Below, one piece after another: positions 10,088-17,491 of a DNA stretch of 64,000 bases. Source of the DNA: Candidatus Aenigmatarchaeota archaeon (GTDB taxonomy: Archaea; Aenigmatarchaeota; Aenigmatarchaeia; JACPZZ01); the NCBI GenBank assembly GCA_016202815.1, contig JACQNZ010000007.1:20704-84703 (forward strand), given 5' to 3'. Numbering within the stretch: position 1 is the first letter of the stretch; each line of letters opens with the position of its first letter. Both the position numbers and the translations under genes were made by a program. Below the pieces are notes generated by a model. The model was not told where the DNA came from. It saw only the letters and a program-made list of their open reading frames with translations, and did no database searches.

Positions 10088-10120
10088 ATGTTCATTTTTG
10101 TGAACATATGTTTAAATATA
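10079..10120 (-). promoter_or_regulatory. Promoter and two palindromic operator sites of the MNT-HEPN operon
   Basis: TGTGAACATATGTT occurs twice (10079-10092 and 10099-10112, 20-bp period). TGAACATATGTTCA (10081-10094) is a perfect 14-bp palindrome overlapping the ATG. On the transcribed strand a TATATTTAAA box (10111-10120) lies about 25-30 nt upstream of the ATG. Confidence 0.5.
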
Positions 10121-10123
10121 CAA

Positions 10124-11533
10124 CTAAGCCTCATCCTGCACGAACGTTTTGTTTTCTTTCAGGCAGATTTCCGCGCGTGCGAGCTCGTGGCCGATGTAGG
10201 CGGCGTGGTCGAATTTTGTTATCAGGTTTTCGTGGAGTATCTGCCTGTACAAGGGCTGCGCCTTTCTGCCGCGGAAGGTGTAATTGCTTTTACGCCCGTC
10301 GTTGACGCGGTGCTCTACTACTATTTCGCCATCCTTTATGTCTATTACAAAATATCCGTTCTTGTCCGGTTCAAACGCAACTATGCCGTGATAATGTTTG
10401 TCCAGGATTTTTTTCGCCTCTTCCCAGTTGTTTTCATAAATGTGCGCATCTACAGAGATCGTTGTTAAACAACCGACTTCCACGCCCAGTTTCGCGGCGA
10501 TTTCTTTCTGCATTGTCCTCAGTGCCTCAATGTTGTAAAGCCATGCGCCGAAGATGTCATGCGACCTGGCGACCACTGTCTGGTGCAGCCTGTTTTTCCT
10601 TATGCCGAAGATTATCTGGGTTATGCACGGCGGGTCGGGGTTTTTTGCGTCGCTGTCCCTGTCCACATCCCATAAGCACACAAGCGCGCGCCTGCTGTGC
10701 GGCGTTTGGCGCAGCCTTTTTACAACGTTTTCTATCTGGTCGAATGCGGCGCCGCTTTCCAGACGGTAGGCGTACAGCCTGTTTCCGTACGTGTATTGCA
10801 CGCCGGCAGGGACTTCTTTGCTGAAAAACGTCTTGTAGTAATTGCTGGTGTCTATTTCGCCAAGGCCGGAATCGTTTTCCATCACAGCCACCAAATTAAT
10901 CAAACCCCTCTGCATCACATTGTGCTCCGTGGGCCTGTCGCTGCCGAACTTCATTATGATGTCAAGCATCCCCATCCAGGTTTCCTTCAGGTTCCTTCCA
11001 GTGATTTTGTAACCTATTTCCGCGGATTCCATCGACGGCGCAGTTTCCATGGAAGTTTCGATGAACACGGGCTCCATGAAAGGGGTGACCGGCCGCTGCA
11101 GGCTGTCGACCAGTTTTGGAATGTCCGCCTCTTTTCCGCGCATGTCTATGATGCGGACGCTTTTTCTAAATATTTCTATCAGGCCGTCGCTGATGTCCGC
11201 GTCTATGTAGCCGTACGATCCCGCGATCTGCCTTTTCCCGTCCATTCCGGCGTTTATGAAACTGAGCAGCGCCTCGCCGCTTTTCATAAGGTCGGCGCCG
11301 CAAAGGATTATATCCCGTATGCACGGATTCGAGAGTATGTTTTTCATCATGGGGTTTATGCCCTGTACCGTGTAAAGGTTGCCACAAACGGAATATTTTT
11401 CAGGATTTATCCCGCCGGCTATTGTCTCCCTCTTTGTCCACAGTGTGCATATCGCAACAGGGTTTTGCGGGTTCCCTATTTTCAGGTTCTCCTTGTAAAA
11501 AACAGGCCACTCGTTCCGTCCCATGATTATCAT
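10124..11533 (-). CDS. thyA: Thymidylate synthase (ThyA type) fused to an N-terminal MtrA-like domain and a C-terminal DUF4346 domain
   Basis: ThyA core: catalytic-Cys motif DPPCITQIIF and SVDAHIYENN. N-terminal part: VAICTLWT..CGNLYTVQGINPMMKNILSNPCIRDIILCG, like methyltransferase subunit MtrA. C-terminal part: GYFVIDIKDGEIVVEH..FDHAAYIGHELARAE, the DUF4346 hallmark. Start is set at ATG 11533, because the 11644 start would overlap the divergent gene. Confidence 0.8.
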   Translation of the reverse strand: MIIMGRNEWPVFYKENLKIGNPQNPVAICTLWTKRETIAGGINPEKYSVCGNLYTVQGINPMMKNILSNPCIRDIILCGADLMKSGEALLSFINAGMDGKRQIAGSYGYIDADISDGLIEIFRKSVRIIDMRGKEADIPKLVDSLQRPVTPFMEPVFIETSMETAPSMESAEIGYKITGRNLKETWMGMLDIIMKFGSDRPTEHNVMQRGLINLVAVMENDSGLGEIDTSNYYKTFFSKEVPAGVQYTYGNRLYAYRLESGAAFDQIENVVKRLRQTPHSRRALVCLWDVDRDSDAKNPDPPCITQIIFGIRKNRLHQTVVARSHDIFGAWLYNIEALRTMQKEIAAKLGVEVGCLTTISVDAHIYENNWEEAKKILDKHYHGIVAFEPDKNGYFVIDIKDGEIVVEHRVNDGRKSNYTFRGRKAQPLYRQILHENLITKFDHAAYIGHELARAEICLKENKTFVQDEA

Positions 11534-11632
11534 GGAAAATCCTACGGCCTTAAAAAAAGGCGCACGCGCAGCCAACGCTTCAAAATTTTTTTGAAGGGTG
11601 CAATTTTTAAATCTGGCCCCTGAAAAGTTCTT

Positions 11633-12331
11633 ATGAAAATACACATACTCGTCGCCGGCTGGGACAAGGAGCGCGCCATATGGGGATGCACGAGGCTGGG
11701 AGCGGACAAGGTTTACCTGATTGTGCCGGAGTTCACGAAGGAAAAGACAGAGCCGTGGATAAATGAGAAGACCAGGGGTGTGGCGGACGGCATTAAGAAC
11801 AGGTTTTCAAAATATTTTCCGGTCGAATTTGTCCCTGTTGTCTATGACGATTACATGGACTGCTTCAAAAAGACGATTAAGATAATAAAAAAAGAAAGCG
11901 GAAATGAAATCCTGGTGAACATTGCGTCAGGCTCGCACATAGCGACTTCGGCCGCGATTTTCGCCGCCTCCATAACCGGGTGCAAGGCATATTACGTGCA
12001 GCCGGAGCGGTACGATGACGTTTTCAGGCAGGACAGGTTCATATCGTATGGCGGGCGCAACATAGTTGACATACCGTTGCTGCCCATTGCCGCGGTTTCA
12101 GAGGTTGAGGTCGGGATTTTGCGGTTTATCGGCAAACGGGGTCAAATGTCCGTTACCGAACTGTCAAAAGAGGCGCAGGGGATATTCGACGTGCCGACAA
12201 GGTCGAAGTTTAACTACTATGTCGACAAGCTCGGCGACATGGGTTTTTTGGACAATGAAATAAGCGGCGGAAAGCTGTACACGAAAATCAACGGCACCGG
12301 AAGGCTGATTTTGGAGGCTTTCGCCGGCTAG
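11633..12331 (+). CDS. CARF/Csa3-like (DUF6293-type) transcriptional regulator: Rossmann-like sensor domain plus C-terminal wHTH
   Basis: N-terminal MKIHILVAGWDKERA..VYLIVPE..VNIASGSHIATSAAIFAASITGCKAYYVQPERY resembles a Csa3-type CARF fold. The C-terminal part VGILRFIGKRGQMSVTELSKEA..FNYYVDKLGDMGFLD is a wHTH. Confidence 0.5.
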   Translation: MKIHILVAGWDKERAIWGCTRLGADKVYLIVPEFTKEKTEPWINEKTRGVADGIKNRFSKYFPVEFVPVVYDDYMDCFKKTIKIIKKESGNEILVNIASGSHIATSAAIFAASITGCKAYYVQPERYDDVFRQDRFISYGGRNIVDIPLLPIAAVSEVEVGILRFIGKRGQMSVTELSKEAQGIFDVPTRSKFNYYVDKLGDMGFLDNEISGGKLYTKINGTGRLILEAFAG

Positions 12332-12334
12332 CGT
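12323..12334 (+). repeat. Left copy of the 12-bp direct repeat GCCGGCTAGCGT bracketing vapBC-1
   Basis: Exact 12-mer that includes the TAG stop of the upstream regulator gene. An identical copy lies at 13041-13052. Confidence 0.8.
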
Positions 12335-12389
12335 TATTGGCACGCTACACGCCATAAGATATTTAAAGTACTTATGGGAATATGGGAAT

Positions 12390-12647
12390 ATGGGAGAATT
12401 AAAGCTGAAGATCTCAAACGAACTGGAAAGGAAATTCAGGGAGTATGCGCTGAAAAGATACGGCTATAAGAAGGGCGCGCTAAGCGCGGCCGCCGAGGAT
12501 GCCCTGTCGGAGACAATAAAAAAAGGACGCCCGGATAAAAACAGATTTTTCGGGTCGGCTGGCGGATGGAGGGACGTAAACGCGGACTCTCTGGTCAGGC
12601 GCATATACGAAAACAGGACTTCAACCAGACGGAAAGTTGAGCTTTAA
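12390..12647 (+). CDS. vapB: VapB-type antitoxin (copy 1)
   Basis: An 85-aa protein directly upstream of a PIN gene, with a TAATG stop/start overlap. The N-terminal strand-helix pattern is KLKISNELERKFREYALKRYG. Confidence 0.6.
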   Translation: MGELKLKISNELERKFREYALKRYGYKKGALSAAAEDALSETIKKGRPDKNRFFGSAGGWRDVNADSLVRRIYENRTSTRRKVEL

Positions 12648-13036
12648 TGGTATATTTGGTCGACACGGACTGGATAATAAGCTGGCTGAAAGGCAAGCAG
12701 GCGGTCGTTGAAAAGCTTAAGGAATTAAGCAAACACAGCCTGGCTGTAAGCGTTATTTCCGTGGCTGAAATTTACGACGGGATCTACGGCTCTAAAAACC
12801 CGGAAAGGCACGAGGATGTGTTCAAGGAATTCCTGACAGGCGTTACGGTCATAGACGTCGACGAAGGCGTGTGCAAAAAATTCGGGGAATTGAGGAATTA
12901 CCTGAGAAACAGGGGAGAGTTAATCGGGGACTTCGACACATTGATAGCGGCCACTGCGATTTCAAGGAATGCCTTCTTGCTGACAGACAATATCAAGCAC
13001 TACGCGAAAATCAAAAACATTAAAATCGGGCCTTAG
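12647..13036 (+). CDS. vapC: PIN-domain ribonuclease toxin VapC (copy 1)
   Basis: PIN acidic residues appear in context: MVYLVDTDW, SVAEIYDG, DTLIAATA, LLTDN. Confidence 0.85.
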   Translation: MVYLVDTDWIISWLKGKQAVVEKLKELSKHSLAVSVISVAEIYDGIYGSKNPERHEDVFKEFLTGVTVIDVDEGVCKKFGELRNYLRNRGELIGDFDTLIAATAISRNAFLLTDNIKHYAKIKNIKIGP

Positions 13037-13040
13037 CGGT

Positions 13041-13052
13041 GCCGGCTAGCGT
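13041..13052 (+). repeat. Right copy of the 12-bp direct repeat GCCGGCTAGCGT bracketing vapBC-1
   Basis: Exact match to 12323-12334. It begins 5 nt after the vapC stop. Confidence 0.8.
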
Positions 13053-13182
13053 AGCTGCGAAAAGCTTAAATTACCCTTATTATAATAGTAGGTAGGTCAA
13101 AGAAACGATAAAGCCGGGTTTCCGGCCGGGAAGGCTTTTACTATCCTTTCCTGGGCGGGATCCCAATACCACACCAAAAAGG

Positions 13183-13899
13183 ATGATATTGATGACAGTC
13201 TCGTTGGACAATGCGGTTATAGCACGGCTTGCGAAAGCGGGCGAAAAATTCGAGATTTTAGTGGATCCTGTCAAAGCGCACGAATTCAGGAAAGGAAAAG
13301 ACGTCAAAATCGACGACATACTTGCGTATCCGGGAGTGTTCCACGATGCGAGAAAGGCTGACCGCATACAGGACTCGGTCACGCAGAAAATATTCGGCAC
13401 AACGGATGCGAAAAGGATTGCGGAAAAAATACTGCGCGACGGCGAAATACAGTTAACTACAGAACAGCGGCGGAAAATGGTCGAGGACAAGAAAACCCAG
13501 ATCGCGAACATGATAGCGCGGAACGCTGTCAACCCGCAGACCAATGCGCCGCACCCGCAGCAAAGGATAATCAATGCGATGAACGAAGCAAACGTGCACA
13601 TAGACCCGTTCGAACCTGCGCAAGACCAGGTTGATGCCGCTGTCAAAGCTATTAAAACGTTGTTGCCGATAAAAATTGAGGTCGTTGCGATTGAACTGCG
13701 CATACCTGCACAATATGCGGGCAAGGCCAGCTCTGTAATACGCGGAATGACCACAGTGAAAAAGGATTCATGGGACGGCGACGGATCATATTCGTGCATC
13801 ATAGAACTGCCGTCCGGGCTTGCCGCGGAAATGCTGCAGCGCCTGAACAAGATCACGGAAGGCAGGATAGAATCAAAGGAACTTAAACAAGCTTTTTAA
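13183..13899 (+). CDS. Ribosome maturation protein SBDS/Sdo1 homolog
   Basis: ARLAKAGEKFEILVDPVKAHEFRKGKDVKIDDILAYPGVFHDARKADR is the typical SBDS N-terminal (FYSH) region. The gene sits first in the exosome block, as in other archaea. Confidence 0.88.
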   Translation: MILMTVSLDNAVIARLAKAGEKFEILVDPVKAHEFRKGKDVKIDDILAYPGVFHDARKADRIQDSVTQKIFGTTDAKRIAEKILRDGEIQLTTEQRRKMVEDKKTQIANMIARNAVNPQTNAPHPQQRIINAMNEANVHIDPFEPAQDQVDAAVKAIKTLLPIKIEVVAIELRIPAQYAGKASSVIRGMTTVKKDSWDGDGSYSCIIELPSGLAAEMLQRLNKITEGRIESKELKQAF

Positions 13900-13913
13900 A
13901 GGTGGTAAAACAG

Positions 13914-14651
13914 ATGGCAATTTTGAAAAATGAAAAGGACCTGGTTGTTCCCGGCGAAGTGCTGGCCGAAGGCTTGGATTATTTGCCCGGCTACGGCGCG
14001 TTCCGGGAAGGCGACAAGATACTCGCGAAAAATGTGGGCATAGTATCCATACGCGAAAGGAATGTCGGCGTTACAGCGCTGTCAGGAAGATATATGCCAA
14101 AAGCCGGGGACAAAGTTATTGGCGAGGTTTTGGATGTCCAGATGTCAACGTGGTTTTTGGACATAAATTCACCTTACCAGGCGTCATTGTCGATAGGCGA
14201 AGCTTCCGAAGAGTACGTGGAGCGCGGCGCAGACCTCAGCAGATATTTCGATGTCGGCGATGTGCTGTACGCGAAGATAATCTCGGTGTCGAAGCACAAG
14301 AACATACAGCTTACAATGAAGGACATCATGTGCAAGAAACTGCGCGGCGGCAAGATCGTGAACATAACGCCGTCCAAGGTCCCGAGGTTAATAGGAAAGG
14401 CCGGCTCAATGATAAGCATGATAAAGGAAAAGACCGGCTGCAACATCGTGATCGGGCAGAACGGCCGGGTCTGGATAAAAGGCGAGAACGAAGACCTGGC
14501 GACGCAAGCGGTTGCGATGGTGAATGAAAAATCGCACCTGGACGGCCTTACGAATACGGTAACAGAATTCCTTAATGCCAGCCCGGGCGTAAAAACAACG
14601 TCAGAGGCGAAAGTTTTTGAATATGTTGAAGGTGAGACCAATGAGAGCTGA
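13914..14651 (+). CDS. rrp4: Exosome complex RNA-binding subunit Rrp4 (S1 + KH)
   Basis: S1 region: PKAGDKVIGEVLDVQMSTWFLDINSP. KH region: PRLIGKAGSMISMIKEKTGCNIVIGQNGRVWI. The AGGTGG Shine-Dalgarno-like sequence at 13900-13905 favours the ATG at 13914 over the GTG at 13902. Confidence 0.9.
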   Translation: MAILKNEKDLVVPGEVLAEGLDYLPGYGAFREGDKILAKNVGIVSIRERNVGVTALSGRYMPKAGDKVIGEVLDVQMSTWFLDINSPYQASLSIGEASEEYVERGADLSRYFDVGDVLYAKIISVSKHKNIQLTMKDIMCKKLRGGKIVNITPSKVPRLIGKAGSMISMIKEKTGCNIVIGQNGRVWIKGENEDLATQAVAMVNEKSHLDGLTNTVTEFLNASPGVKTTSEAKVFEYVEGETNES

Positions 14652-15327
14652 TGGCCGTGCAAGTGAGGAATTAAGGGAACTCGTTGTAAAGGCGGGCGTT
14701 TTCAAAAACGCCGAAGGGTCTGCTTACGTGAAAATGGGCAATACGGTTGCGGTCGCAGGCGTTTACGGCCCGCGCGAACTGTTCCCGAAATTTTTGCAAA
14801 AAGCGGACAGGGTCCATTTAAAATGCAGGTACAACATGGCCCCATTTTCGACGAAGGACAGGAAAAGGCCGGGCCAGGACCGCAGGTCGCAGGAAATATC
14901 CAAGGTCGTTGCGGACGCTTTAGAGCCTGTGATTTTCACAAAAGAATTTCCGAAAACCGGGATTGACATTTACATAGAAATTTTACAGGGTGATGCGGGC
15001 ACAAGGTGCGCGGGCATCAATGCGGCGTCTGTCGCACTGGCGGACGCGGGCATTCCCATGCGCGGCCTGGTCGCGGCCGTAGCGGCAGGCAAGGTCGATG
15101 GCGACTATGTCCTTGACCTGACATACAACGAGGAAGAGAAAACAAAGGCCGATGTGCCGGTTGCGTACGCACCGAGCATGAAAAAAATAACGCTGCTGCA
15201 AATGGACGGCGACCTGTCGCAGGAAGACGTGAAAAACGTTGTTGATGTCGCGATTAAAGGCTGCGAGAAAGTCCATGAAGCGCAGGTCGGGGCGCTGAAG
15301 AACAAGTACAAAGAGGCTATGCTATGA
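14641..15327 (+). CDS. rrp41: Exosome complex exonuclease Rrp41 (RNase PH fold)
   Basis: MRADGRASEELREL..EGSAYVKMGNTVAVAGVYGPRE..QGDAGTRCAGINAASVALADAGIPM. AGGTGA lies 6 nt upstream of the ATG. Confidence 0.9.
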   Translation: MRADGRASEELRELVVKAGVFKNAEGSAYVKMGNTVAVAGVYGPRELFPKFLQKADRVHLKCRYNMAPFSTKDRKRPGQDRRSQEISKVVADALEPVIFTKEFPKTGIDIYIEILQGDAGTRCAGINAASVALADAGIPMRGLVAAVAAGKVDGDYVLDLTYNEEEKTKADVPVAYAPSMKKITLLQMDGDLSQEDVKNVVDVAIKGCEKVHEAQVGALKNKYKEAML

Positions 15328-16091
15328 TGACCATTGACGAAGGTTATGTGCACGAACTGGCTGAAAAAGGTTCGCGTTTGGACGGAAGAAGGCTGGACGA
15401 ATTCAGGAATGCAGAGATTGAAACGAACCTGATAAAGAGCGCAGAAGGCTCTGCGCAAGTCAGGCTCGGCAACACTGTTGTAATTGCGGGCGTAAAGATG
15501 TCAGTGGGCGAGCCGTTCGAAGACAAACCGGACGAAGGCGTCCTGATGGTCGGCGCAGAATTAACGCCGCTGGCAGACCCGGACTTTGAACCGGGACCGC
15601 CTGACATAAGGTCCATAGAAGTCGCGCGCGTTGTTGACCGCACTGTGCGGGAATCGAAGATGATCAATGTCAAAGCGCTGAAAATTGACGACGAACACGT
15701 CTGGGTTGTGAATGTTGACCTCCATGTAATGAACTTTGACGGCAACCTTATTGACGCTGGCAGCCTGGCCGCGGTTGCGGCGCTGGCTACTGCGAAAATG
15801 CCGAAATACGAGAACGGAAAGGTCAATTACGACGAGCGCTCCGGCTCATTGCCGATAACAGCGATGCCCGTAAGCGTGACGACTGTCAAAATAAACGGCA
15901 AGCTGCTTGTCGATCCTTCCAAGAGGGAGGAAAATGCCGCTGACGCAAGACTGACGGTCTCGGTCAAGAACGACGGCAACATTTGCTCGCTGCAAAAAGG
16001 CGGCACCGAAGGATTCACGACAGAAGAACTGCATGAAATGCTGCGCCTGGCTGGCGAGAAGCAGAAATCGCTGAGGGACTCGCTAAAGTAG
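15324..16091 (+). CDS. rrp42: Exosome complex subunit Rrp42 (RNase PH-like)
   Basis: SRLDGRRLDEFRNAEIETNLIKSAEGSAQVRLGNTVVIAGVK..DGNLIDAGSLAAVAALATAKMP. The start overlaps the rrp41 stop by 4 nt. Confidence 0.9.
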   Translation: MMTIDEGYVHELAEKGSRLDGRRLDEFRNAEIETNLIKSAEGSAQVRLGNTVVIAGVKMSVGEPFEDKPDEGVLMVGAELTPLADPDFEPGPPDIRSIEVARVVDRTVRESKMINVKALKIDDEHVWVVNVDLHVMNFDGNLIDAGSLAAVAALATAKMPKYENGKVNYDERSGSLPITAMPVSVTTVKINGKLLVDPSKREENAADARLTVSVKNDGNICSLQKGGTEGFTTEELHEMLRLAGEKQKSLRDSLK

Positions 16092-16096
16092 AGCCG

Positions 16097-16495
16097 ATGT
16101 TTATGTCTAAACGAACAAAGAGGATCGGATCCGCCGGACGCTATGGTGTGCGCTTCGGCCAAAAAATAAGAAAGATGGTATCCGATATCGAGGCTGTGCA
16201 GAAAATCGCCCACGCTTGCCCCGCTTGCATGAAAAACGCCGTTTCAAGGGAGGCGAGCGGGATATGGAAATGCAGGACATGCGGCTGCGTCTTTAGCGGC
16301 GGAGCGTACAACCCCGCATACGGTGCGGAACGCACAATATCAGCGCTCACAGAAAGCGAAAAACCTTTCAAGAAAGACGTCGAAATAGGCAAGCCGAAGG
16401 CCAAGCGCGACAAGTTCAAGGGCAAGGAAAGGCCGAAAGCGAAGCCCAAAGAGAAGGCCGAAGTTGAAAAGGCTAAAAAGGGCAAAGGCAAATAA
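16097..16495 (+). CDS. rpl37ae: Ribosomal protein eL43 (L37Ae) with a Lys-rich C-terminal extension
   Basis: RTKRIGSAGRYGVRFGQKIRK plus the zinc ribbon CPACMKN..WKCRTCG. About 45 extra residues follow: KKDVEIGKPKAKRDKFKGKERPKAKPKEKAEVEKAKKGKGK. Confidence 0.9.
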   Translation: MFMSKRTKRIGSAGRYGVRFGQKIRKMVSDIEAVQKIAHACPACMKNAVSREASGIWKCRTCGCVFSGGAYNPAYGAERTISALTESEKPFKKDVEIGKPKAKRDKFKGKERPKAKPKEKAEVEKAKKGKGK

Positions 16496-16642
16496 ATAAA
16501 CCTTTCAAACTTTAAGACAAAGGTTTGCATGGCAAACCCTGCATAGGAAACTTAAGGTTTCCTATGAAGTCTGACCAAATAAGGCTTTAATGGAAAGAAA
16601 TTAAATAGAGGTTAATGGTCCACAAGACAGGAGATTCAAGTC

Positions 16643-16771
16643 ATGTACCGTTGTTTGAACTGCAAAAAGGAAGTTGAGATATCAGGAAAAAGGATACGCT
16701 GCCCGTTCTGCGGTTTCAGGATCATAACCAAGACCGCAGCAGTGTCGCCGCGCAGGGTGAGGGCCAGATGA
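16643..16771 (+). CDS. rpoP: DNA-directed RNA polymerase subunit P (Rpo12), 42 aa; not in the ORF track
   Basis: My hand translation is MYRCLNCKKEVEISGKRIRCPFCGFRIITKTAAVSPRRVRAR, with a CxxC-x13-CxxC zinc ribbon. An ATGA overlap joins it to the prefoldin gene. This is the conserved superoperon position after eL43. Confidence 0.8.
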   Translation: MYRCLNCKKEVEISGKRIRCPFCGFRIITKTAAVSPRRVRAR

Positions 16772-17118
16772 GCGTGGAAGTAAGCGAAGAAGTGCGTGGA
16801 ATGATAATGCAGTTCCAGGCCTACCAGCAACAGTCGCAAATGATCACAGGACAGAAGGACGCAACAAAGGCGCAGATCATTGAAATTGACAGGACTTTGG
16901 AAGAACTGGAAAAGGCGGGCGACAGGGAAATATACAAGTCCGTGGGACCTATACTGATAAAAACAACCGGGGAAGAAATGAAGAAGGAGCTTTCGGAAAA
17001 AAAGGAAATGCTTGGGCTGCGGCTAAAGACCATGGACTCCGAGGACAAAAAAACAAGGGAAAAGATCAAGGATTTGCAGGAAAAAATACAAGGTTCGCTG
17101 AGCAAGAAGCAGGCTTAA
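16768..17118 (+). CDS. pfdB: Prefoldin beta subunit
   Basis: A 116-aa coiled-coil protein: QFQAYQQQSQMITGQK..EIDRTLEELEK..IYKSVGPILIKTTGEEMKKELSEKKEMLGLRLKTM. Confidence 0.85.
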   Translation: MSVEVSEEVRGMIMQFQAYQQQSQMITGQKDATKAQIIEIDRTLEELEKAGDREIYKSVGPILIKTTGEEMKKELSEKKEMLGLRLKTMDSEDKKTREKIKDLQEKIQGSLSKKQA

Positions 17119-17136
17119 TCTTTTACGGATGAGCGC

Positions 17137-17406
17137 ATGAAGGTGTTTGAAATGTACGAACAATTGCCCCAGGTTCTGCAGCTTCTCGAACAGGTCGCCA
17201 TGGACCGGACGGTTCCCAGAAACATACGCACATCGGCGGAACAGGTTTCGGAGGAGATAAAAAACAGCAAGGAGCCGATGGATTTGAGGATATCCTCTGC
17301 GATACACATACTTGACGAGGTTTCAAACGACCCAAACATACCCCTTTACACAAGGACGCAGGTATGGAACATCGTTTCGATGCTTGAAAACTGCAGGCAA
17401 AACTGA
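17137..17406 (+). CDS. UPF0147-family small helical protein
   Basis: DRTVPRNIRTSAEQV..ISSAIHILDEVSNDPNIPLYTRTQVWNIVSMLE matches my memory of archaeal UPF0147 proteins. It is at the usual position after prefoldin beta. Confidence 0.65.
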   Translation: MKVFEMYEQLPQVLQLLEQVAMDRTVPRNIRTSAEQVSEEIKNSKEPMDLRISSAIHILDEVSNDPNIPLYTRTQVWNIVSMLENCRQN

Positions 17407-17491
17407 ATCTGAAAAAACACCGGACCAAAGCTTTACCAGAAAGGTTTAAATTCATAGAAAACAAATCTAAGTTATCATTGAGAGCGATAAA

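Noticed and set aside
10697-11623. 308-aa ORF on the + strand, plus other long antisense ORFs: 13080-13856(-), 28295-28996(-), 38032-38757(-), 47861-48619(+), 59168-59683(+)
   Set aside because: Each lies opposite a gene with strong family motifs (thyA, SBDS, purM-like, rad50, the wHTH protein, mtnA-like) and has skewed composition. These are typical shadow frames in DNA of about 50% GC.
11534-11644. N-terminal extension of the thymidylate synthase fusion
   Set aside because: It would overlap the divergently transcribed regulator gene head to head by 12 nt and adds 37 residues with no homology. The MtrA-like domain starts after the Met at 11533.
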